DNA of 64,000 bases from positions 23,945 through 87,944 of the forward strand of contig NZ_CAMYKO010000007.1 of the NCBI RefSeq assembly GCF_947259025.1. The letters run 5' to 3'. Every line of letters starts with the position of its first letter. Position 1 is the stretch's first letter. The stretch is from an uncultured Methylophaga sp. (GTDB taxonomy: Bacteria; Pseudomonadota; Gammaproteobacteria; Nitrosococcales; Methylophagaceae). Both the position numbers and the translations under genes were made by a program. Positions 57,664 to 64,000 of the stretch are shown here, one piece after another. Under the pieces are notes generated by a model. That model was not told where the DNA came from and did not search any database. It saw only the letters and a list, made by a program, of their open reading frames with translations.

Positions 57664-58875
57664 ATGGCTCTCACCGATATTCAGATCAAAAACGCCAAGC
57701 CCGAGACCAAGCAATACAAACTCTCCGCTGGCCTTGGCCTGTACCTAATCGTTTCTCCTAATGGCGGGAAGTGGTGGCGCTTTCGCTATCGCTTCGCAGA
57801 CAAGCAAAAAGAACTCTCCCTTGGCACTTACCCTGATGTGTCGCTCAAAGAGGCTGCGCAGAAGCGTGATGATTACCGCGCAATGGTCAAAAATGGTGAT
57901 GACCCGCTCTATGAACGGAAACTGGATAAGCTGACCCGGCGCACAGCCTCAGAGAATAGTTTTGAGGCAGTTGTTAGGGAGTGGCACACCAAGCACCAAG
58001 GGAACTGGTCAACAGATCATGCTGAGCGCACTCTCACCCGATTTGAAAAAGACGTGTTTCCTTGGATAGGTACACGCGAGACAAAACAGATCGGCGCTCC
58101 TGAACTGCTAGCCGTACTTCGCAGAGTGGAAAGTAGGGGAGCGCTAGACACTGCGCACCGAATCCACCAGCAATGCGGCCAGGTATTCCGTTACGCCATA
58201 GCAACTGGCAGAGCAGAGAGGGACCCAGCAGCGGACTTGAAGGGCGCATTACCCCCGAACAGAGCAAAGCATCATGCCTCAATTACTGAGCCACAGCAGG
58301 TAGGAGCGTTGATGCGAGCAATTAGCGGCTATTCCGGCGCTTTCATTACTGCCTGTGCCTTACAACTAGCCCCGTTGTTATTTGTGCGTCCGGGCGAACT
58401 CAGGCAGGCCGAATGGCAAGAAATGGACCTGGAAAAGGCAGAGTGGCGCATACCCGCAGATAAAATGAAAATGGGCGTCATGCACATCGTTCCCTTATCT
58501 AGGCAGGCTCTGGCAATTCTCAGAGAGCTTCAGCCTCTCACAGGTGGTGGTAAGTATCTATTCCCCTCAAACCGAACAAAAACACGCCCAATGAGTGATA
58601 ACACGCTTAATGGGGCTTTGCGTCGCCTAGGCTTCACCAAGGATGAAATGACCGCTCATGGATTCAGGAGTATGGCTTCCACGCTGCTGAATGAGCAGGG
58701 CTGGAATAGTGACGCGATAGAACGACAACTGGCCCACAGTGAAAAGAATGGGGTTAGGGCAGCTTATAACTATGCGGAGTACTTACCAGAGCGGAAGAAG
58801 ATGATGCAGGCATGGGCAGATTATCTGGAGGGCCTGGAAAGTGGAGCGGACGTTATAGCAATTAATAGGGCATAA
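57664..58875 (+). CDS. P4/CP4-57-like tyrosine integrase
   Basis: MALTDIQIKNAK, GLYLIV..NGGKWWRFRY arm-binding domain; VRPGELR, HIVPLS, HGFR, QLAH, AYNY catalytic motifs. Confidence 0.95.
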   Translation: MALTDIQIKNAKPETKQYKLSAGLGLYLIVSPNGGKWWRFRYRFADKQKELSLGTYPDVSLKEAAQKRDDYRAMVKNGDDPLYERKLDKLTRRTASENSFEAVVREWHTKHQGNWSTDHAERTLTRFEKDVFPWIGTRETKQIGAPELLAVLRRVESRGALDTAHRIHQQCGQVFRYAIATGRAERDPAADLKGALPPNRAKHHASITEPQQVGALMRAISGYSGAFITACALQLAPLLFVRPGELRQAEWQEMDLEKAEWRIPADKMKMGVMHIVPLSRQALAILRELQPLTGGGKYLFPSNRTKTRPMSDNTLNGALRRLGFTKDEMTAHGFRSMASTLLNEQGWNSDAIERQLAHSEKNGVRAAYNYAEYLPERKKMMQAWADYLEGLESGADVIAINRA

Positions 58876-58986
58876 AATCATTATTTTGGGGGATTTGTTC
58901 AAACCTCAAAATGTTTTAGCGTCGGAGCTGGTGCTGGAACCACCAGCCCGACTAATCACCACCATAACTACACAGGAGTTATCGCA

Positions 58987-59361
58987 ATGACTGACAGTAA
59001 TCTTAAACTTTCAGGTTATGAAATTGAAAACCCAATAGCAGCGCTCATTGATGAGCTAGCGGAAATTGTTTCACCTGCCCGTGTTGCTGGACGCGATATA
59101 GAGACCAGGAACAGGCTGTTTAAACTAGCAGAAAATGCGCTCACGGAGCTTGAAATGTGGGGTGAGGCAGTTGGACACATTTCTTGGCTTGCAAGTACAC
59201 ACGGTGAAGCCGACAGGGACACAATTCGCTTTCTTGGTATTACTTCACAAATGCAGGGCCGGTTTCTTACCATCAACCGCTCTGTAGATTCTCTGAGATG
59301 GAACACAGTACACAACTACAACAGAAGATCAGGGGATGTGACCTTTATTAATTTTGAGTAA
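58987..59361 (+). CDS. Island hypothetical protein
   Basis: ACAGGAG RBS, 124 aa, codirectional with the island genes. Confidence 0.6.
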   Translation: MTDSNLKLSGYEIENPIAALIDELAEIVSPARVAGRDIETRNRLFKLAENALTELEMWGEAVGHISWLASTHGEADRDTIRFLGITSQMQGRFLTINRSVDSLRWNTVHNYNRRSGDVTFINFE

Positions 59362-59373
59362 ATAGATGATTTA

Positions 59374-59425
59374 CCAAGCCTAGGGTAGCTCCCGAAAAGC
59401 TGGCACGTTCATCAGCCTGGCTTGG
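59374..59425 (+). ncRNA. Candidate structured RNA (three-way junction) between int and alpA
   Basis: CCAAGCC/GGCTTGG closing stem, GGG-TAGCT-CCC, GAAAA linker, GCTG-N10-CAGC. Confidence 0.4.
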
Positions 59426-59455
59426 TTTTCTTTTGGACGATGCGAGGAACGGCGC

Positions 59456-59815
59456 ATGGAGAAGAAGCAATATAAATCATATAGCGTAACTGCTCGAGGT
59501 GGCTACGTTATACCACCGGATGAGAAAACGCTTGTAAAAAAATGGGGCGAGACGGAAAGGGGGGAGAGCAAGAATCCGGGGCAGGAGTTAGCAGCACGCA
59601 AGAAGAGAAAAAATAAAACCATTAGAGATGACATACGCAGAGCGGCCGGTGAAATGATACAAAGAGGTGGACGCCTAAATCATGCTCAGATGAGCGATGA
59701 AATAATAAAAACGGGCATCCAGGGGAAACATGGCCGAAAATTCGTGATGGATGCCGTAAAAGAGGAGTGTGACGCACGTGGACGATCAGACTTGGTATCT
59801 GGTCGTAAAAAATAG
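59456..59815 (+). CDS. Island hypothetical basic protein
   Basis: GAGGA RBS, 119 aa, Lys/Arg-rich. Confidence 0.55.
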   Translation: MEKKQYKSYSVTARGGYVIPPDEKTLVKKWGETERGESKNPGQELAARKKRKNKTIRDDIRRAAGEMIQRGGRLNHAQMSDEIIKTGIQGKHGRKFVMDAVKEECDARGRSDLVSGRKK

Positions 59816-59936
59816 AGGCTGGTTAACCTCTACGTTAAGGTTAACCTTAACGTAAATAGACACTAGAGAAGGCCCTCTCTCTTGATCAATATTATCACCG
59901 TGACTGAAAAAGTAAGAGTTACGGAGGTAATAAGCA

Positions 59937-60140
59937 ATGTCACAATTAATTAAACTGCCTGAGGTTATTAAGTTAACAGGCCTATCTAGTGCTAGTGTCT
60001 ACAGGCTAGCCGCTGCAAAAAAATTCCCATCACCCATTAAATTAAGTCCAGGGGGACGTTCATCAGCATGGGTTGCCGAAGAGGTCCAGAGCTGGATTGA
60101 TGAGCGTATAGCCGCTGCTCGTGGTGGTGAGGTGCTGTAA
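59937..60140 (+). CDS. alpA: AlpA-family phage regulator / excisionase-like protein
   Basis: LIKLPEVIKLTGLS.ASVYRL....KFPSPIKL...SSAWVAEEVQSWI. Confidence 0.9.
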   Translation: MSQLIKLPEVIKLTGLSSASVYRLAAAKKFPSPIKLSPGGRSSAWVAEEVQSWIDERIAAARGGEVL

Positions 60141-60568
60141 TGGCTTATCAGTTGCATATACCTGTACCAAAATCGAGCAGGCAACGTGCAAGGCCCGTGA
60201 GTGTTACCAAAGTAATCACGCCAGTCAGTAACTGGAAGCCATGCATAAAAAATTTAAAAGGTCTGATAGCTGATTCTGTCTCCCTCATTGATCAGCGGTT
60301 ATTGAGAGTCGATAAGTCCATATATTGGCGTGGTGATATGGCTAGGTCTTGGCTGCTTTTCTATCTGACGCAATACCATCAAGTCTCAGATGTTTTTCTC
60401 ACACAAGCGGTCGGTCTGGCTGACTTGGCTTCAACGGTAAAGTCACTACAAGGGAAAAAGTACAGGGTTCCCATCAATGCCACTGCTGGCACTGATGAAG
60501 ATCAGCACGGGAATTTGGTTCCATGTGTTTATTACAGCCTTGATGAGTCCTTGGTAAGGGTGGAGTGA
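60140..60568 (+). CDS. Island hypothetical protein
   Basis: TAATG-coupled to alpA; 142 aa. Confidence 0.6.
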   Translation: MAYQLHIPVPKSSRQRARPVSVTKVITPVSNWKPCIKNLKGLIADSVSLIDQRLLRVDKSIYWRGDMARSWLLFYLTQYHQVSDVFLTQAVGLADLASTVKSLQGKKYRVPINATAGTDEDQHGNLVPCVYYSLDESLVRVE

Positions 60569-60571
60569 CTC

Positions 60572-60868
60572 ATGGATGAGGCACTTAAACATCGTGTAAA
60601 AATTTTAGAGTATCTGGAGCAGGGCAAACGGCTTACAACTCTATACGCTCGTGAAGAGATGGGTGTGATGCATCCAGGTGCACGGGTTATGGAATTGAGA
60701 AGCTCCGGCTACATCATTGAGACTGTTTTGAAAACGGAAAAAGATGCATCAGGGAGGCCTCATCGGGTTGCTGAGTATTATTTAGCTGAACACAAGCCAA
60801 TAGCAAACCGAGCAGAACAAGGTGATCTCTTCTCTGAAGAAGGGGGGCAGCATGGCGCGAACTTTTGA
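60572..60868 (+). CDS. Phage-type winged HTH protein (HTH_39-like)
   Basis: ILEYLEQGKRLTTLYAREEMGVMHPGARVMELRSSGYIIET. Confidence 0.75.
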   Translation: MDEALKHRVKILEYLEQGKRLTTLYAREEMGVMHPGARVMELRSSGYIIETVLKTEKDASGRPHRVAEYYLAEHKPIANRAEQGDLFSEEGGQHGANF

Positions 60869-61880
60869 TCAGATTAGACCTTACATGCAGGGGCGCTGGC
60901 TTTCCATATTGACTCATCTCGCACCGGCATTGGCTGAAGCTGTAGAGAGATGCCCTAGGCACGTTCCATGCCCCGTTCATGGCGGACGGGATGGGTTCAG
61001 GCTATACAAAAACGCTGACGAAACAGGAGGGGGGATCTGTAATAGTTGCGGGTCTTACCCTGATGGGTTCGCATTATTGTCTTGGGTTAATGGCTGGACC
61101 TTGCCAGATACGCTTCAGGCGGTGGCAAATCACCTGGGTATTACCGAAGCGGGAAAGAGGGTAAACCTACCACCAAAACAAAGCCCGAGTGATTACGCAG
61201 CCAGACAGGAAAAAGCGGCAAAGCGTAAACGTGACGCGCTGAAGTCTGCCTGGCGTTCATTGTTGCCTTTATCTGACAAACAGGCAGAACCGGCCAGACA
61301 ATACCTCATCAATCGCGGGCTTTCCGATTGCCTGGATCAGCTTCCTGCTGATCTGTTTTATCACCCTCAGCTTGAATATTGGCACGATGGTAAAAGCTAC
61401 GGGCACTATCCGGCGCTGGTGGCTGTTGTTAGAGGGGCTGATGGTGCTGAGGTCACACTCCATAGAACGTATCTGGATCAGTCAGGGAAAAAGGCTGATG
61501 TTCCCACTGTTAAAAAGCTCATGTCACCGGCTACCCCCGGCAGCTCAAGAGGGGGCGCTATTCGTCTTTATCCACCAGCCAAAGAGCTGATAGTGGCTGA
61601 GGGGGTAGAGACTGCCCTGGCGTTGCACTTGGCACTAGGGAAACCCTGCTGGGCCTGTGTCAGTGCTGGTGGCCTAGAGGCGGTAGCAATACCAGAGAAT
61701 GTGGAGCGGGTCATTGTCGGCGCTGATAACGACGCAAACGGGGCAGGCCAAAAAGCAGCCTATGAGTTAACCAACAGGCTGATAAAACAAGATAGGCATA
61801 TACAGGTAAAGATCATCATTCCTGATCACGTCGGGGCAGATTGGTTGGACGTGTTCAACGGTGAGGAAAAAATAGCATGA
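60852..61880 (+). CDS. Primase with P4-alpha-type Zn ribbon and Toprim domain
   Basis: CPVHGGRDGFR..ICNSCG; LHRTYL; VAEGVETAL; GADND. Confidence 0.85.
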   Translation: MARTFDQIRPYMQGRWLSILTHLAPALAEAVERCPRHVPCPVHGGRDGFRLYKNADETGGGICNSCGSYPDGFALLSWVNGWTLPDTLQAVANHLGITEAGKRVNLPPKQSPSDYAARQEKAAKRKRDALKSAWRSLLPLSDKQAEPARQYLINRGLSDCLDQLPADLFYHPQLEYWHDGKSYGHYPALVAVVRGADGAEVTLHRTYLDQSGKKADVPTVKKLMSPATPGSSRGGAIRLYPPAKELIVAEGVETALALHLALGKPCWACVSAGGLEAVAIPENVERVIVGADNDANGAGQKAAYELTNRLIKQDRHIQVKIIIPDHVGADWLDVFNGEEKIA

Positions 61881-63445
61881 CAGATAAAATTAAACAGGCA
61901 GTGAATGAGGCTAAATCATTCAATACAGGGAGTGTGGAGCATATCTGGCCCACGCCTAAGCCTTTGCCTGATATTACGGCCTCTGGGGACTCTGACGGCT
62001 TCCCTTACGAGACATTACCACCAGCATTACTCCAAGCGGCTGAAGAGGTAGCACGCTTTAGCAAAGTACCGTTAATGGCCCCGGCTATATCTGGTTTGGG
62101 TACATTGGCGGTAGCTATCGGTAAAAAGGCAGTGATTGAAGAGAGGCCCGGACTGGAACATAACCCGACTTTTTTCTATGTGCTGGTGGCGGGAACAGGT
62201 GAGAGGAAAAGCCCGGTATTCAGTTATATGGTTAAGCCATTGGATGATTGGGAGCGACTCAGGGAGCGTGATCACAAACAGGAGTTAGTAGCGGCTAGGC
62301 ATCACAATGACCTGAAAGACAATCTAATCAAGTCAGCCAAAAGCGCCGCAACAAAAGAGGGAGCAAACCTGGAGCAGATAGCAGACCAGATAGCTGAACT
62401 GGAGCAGCAAAAAAAGCCGATCCCGATTAAGCCCTCATTGTTTACGACGGACACCACTGAAGAGAAGCTCTTCCAGAAAATGCACGCGAGGGGTGAAGCC
62501 TACGCGATGATGTCAGCAGAGAGCAGGAAGTTTATGGAATCGCTCATGGGAAGTGGCCGCAATGGTGAGGGTACTGGTGACAATCTTTACCTGTCCGGTT
62601 TTTCTGGTGACAAAGTGACACGGGACCGGGTAGGCAGTGGCGACGGTGGAGAGGAGCTGGTGATGTATAAGCCCTGTTTAAATGTCACCGTTATGATCCA
62701 GCCAGATAAATATCTGGCGCTTGCCAATCATAAGGACTTGAGAGCTTCCGGCCTGATAGCCCGGCTATGGCCTGTTTGGTTGCCATCGCTGGTGGGAGAG
62801 AGGATAGAGACATTGGATGAGGCCGGGCTTGATCGGGATAGGTTGAAACCTTTCCATGATCAGGTGACAAGCTTTATTGATGCTGCTCAGCCACTTGATG
62901 AGCAGGGAGATATAACCAGACATGAGGCGACATTAAGTGAGGCGGCAAAGCTGGCACGTCTTGAGCTGGCGAACCGTATAGAACGGGCAATGGGTGATGA
63001 TGGGGAGCTGGCCGACGTTAGGGACATAGCATCAAAGTCAGCCTCACAGATATGCAAACTGGCCTTAGTGCTTCATCTGGCAAGCCAGCCAGAATTGATC
63101 AGCCAGCCCAGCAGCCAAATAAGCATTGAGACATGGAACAGAGCAGAAACCCTGGGTAATTTCTTTATGCGGGAGGCTATCCGGTCCCAGCGTGGGGCTG
63201 AGGATGGGGAGCACTTAAGACACGCTCGCCGTGTGCTGGACTGGTTGAAGAGAAAGGGGCATAAGGAAATAACAGCCCGCGAGATAGGGCGCAGTGCGCC
63301 ACGGCCAAAACTAAGTAAATCAGAGCTGGTGGATGTGTTGGGAGTGTTAACAGAGCCTCCCTATCAATGGCTCAAGCAGACAGGGCAGACCAATAAGGGA
63401 GCACCTGTTTATAGCGTTCACCCTGACTTATTCCAAAGTGACTGA
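61877..63445 (+). CDS. DUF3987 / YfjI-family replication ATPase
   Basis: WPTPKPL, FPYETLP, AGTGERKSP, DTTEEKL, PCLNVTVMIQP, GLIAR, C-terminal winged helix. Confidence 0.8.
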   Translation: MTDKIKQAVNEAKSFNTGSVEHIWPTPKPLPDITASGDSDGFPYETLPPALLQAAEEVARFSKVPLMAPAISGLGTLAVAIGKKAVIEERPGLEHNPTFFYVLVAGTGERKSPVFSYMVKPLDDWERLRERDHKQELVAARHHNDLKDNLIKSAKSAATKEGANLEQIADQIAELEQQKKPIPIKPSLFTTDTTEEKLFQKMHARGEAYAMMSAESRKFMESLMGSGRNGEGTGDNLYLSGFSGDKVTRDRVGSGDGGEELVMYKPCLNVTVMIQPDKYLALANHKDLRASGLIARLWPVWLPSLVGERIETLDEAGLDRDRLKPFHDQVTSFIDAAQPLDEQGDITRHEATLSEAAKLARLELANRIERAMGDDGELADVRDIASKSASQICKLALVLHLASQPELISQPSSQISIETWNRAETLGNFFMREAIRSQRGAEDGEHLRHARRVLDWLKRKGHKEITAREIGRSAPRPKLSKSELVDVLGVLTEPPYQWLKQTGQTNKGAPVYSVHPDLFQSD

Positions 63446-63449
63446 CAAT

Positions 63450-63522
63450 CGCGACACCGCGACGGGGTAGGCACCTGAAACCAGAATAGAAAATAGCTGA
63501 TTTTGAGTGTCGCGCTGTCGCG
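63450..63522. repeat. Iteron-like convergent heptamer pairs (candidate ori)
   Basis: CGCGACA/CGCGACG at 63450 and 63458; TGTCGCG at 63508 and 63516. Confidence 0.6.
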
Positions 63523-63539
63523 GTTTTACTGGTTGAGAT

Positions 63540-63926
63540 ATGAACATGAGCTTAGATGATGACCTGGCAGAATTTAACAAGGGCTTGGGAACGGTATTTA
63601 AAGATAAGCCGATAGGCCACCAGCAGCCTGAAGAGGTGATCAGGGCTGAGGTTGAGAAGTCACCCTGGCAAAAGCGACGGACCAAGAGAACGCATAGCAA
63701 TACATTTTCAATGGTAATGAGTTACTTGCACCATGAAGGGGACCGGCGCTGGCTGGTGGATAAACTGACCTGCTTACCTTTGGCAAAGCGTGAACCGGCA
63801 ATGATGAGGTATGCGCAAATCTTCGAGGAAACTCTCCAGCGGGAACAAGATCAGAACAGGAAACAGGGAGAGGCCCGGAGAGCTTCTAATACCTGGTTGG
63901 TTGAGCTGGTGGAAAAGCAGCAATGA
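63540..63926 (+). CDS. Island hypothetical protein
   Basis: 128-aa ORF downstream of the candidate ori. Confidence 0.55.
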   Translation: MNMSLDDDLAEFNKGLGTVFKDKPIGHQQPEEVIRAEVEKSPWQKRRTKRTHSNTFSMVMSYLHHEGDRRWLVDKLTCLPLAKREPAMMRYAQIFEETLQREQDQNRKQGEARRASNTWLVELVEKQQ

Positions 63927-64000
63927 CTCCCTTTTGCCATGACATTTATTTGCTGATAGGTTGGCGTTAATCCCTATTCAGTATACTGAAGCTGTAACTG

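Larger units (their letters stand above)
57508..64000. mobile_element. Integrative phage-satellite-like island (P4/PICI-type), right end outside window
   Basis: Tyrosine integrase next to the tRNA-Cys 3' end, AlpA, HTH, Zn-ribbon/Toprim primase, DUF3987; visibly different codon use (many AGA/AGG/ATA/CTA). Confidence 0.85.

Noticed and set aside
58934-59411. Kissing-loop pairing between the GGAAC loop and the GTTC loop
   Set aside because: Only 4 bp of complementarity; expected by chance.

Overview
Chromosomal window from a probably marine or halotolerant gammaproteobacterium (gene content suggests Thiotrichales/Methylophaga-like; this is inference, not proven). In order: 5' part of nadB (cut by the window edge, missing from the ORF track); rpoE-rseABC-mucD; a Fur-boxed two-component system with a FetA/VctA-like TonB receptor and DUF2218; zapG, ubiK, ppnP and envelope hypotheticals; comM-rep; a second TonB receptor; the mrp(pha)ABCDEFG antiporter; cytochrome c5; a bufferin-type RiPP cluster with two Cys-rich precursors, a DUF692 MNIO and DUF2063; nth-rsxABCDGE; aroG; nhaD; rpiA; two homologous nested-palindrome elements in convergent intergenic gaps; a protease/7TM/ATP-grasp triad; cmoM-mfd; uvrC-pgsA-tRNA-Gly-tRNA-Cys; and the left part of an integrase/AlpA/primase/DUF3987 satellite-like island running off the right edge. 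Best leads: (1) the two nested inverted-repeat elements at 42.6 and 44.5 kb; (2) the two-precursor bufferin locus, with one probable lipoprotein and one repeat-expanded precursor; (3) the tRNA-Cys island with its non-coding structures (arm sites, three-way-junction RNA, 24-bp palindrome, iterons). All family assignments come from motif recognition by eye; no database searches were run.
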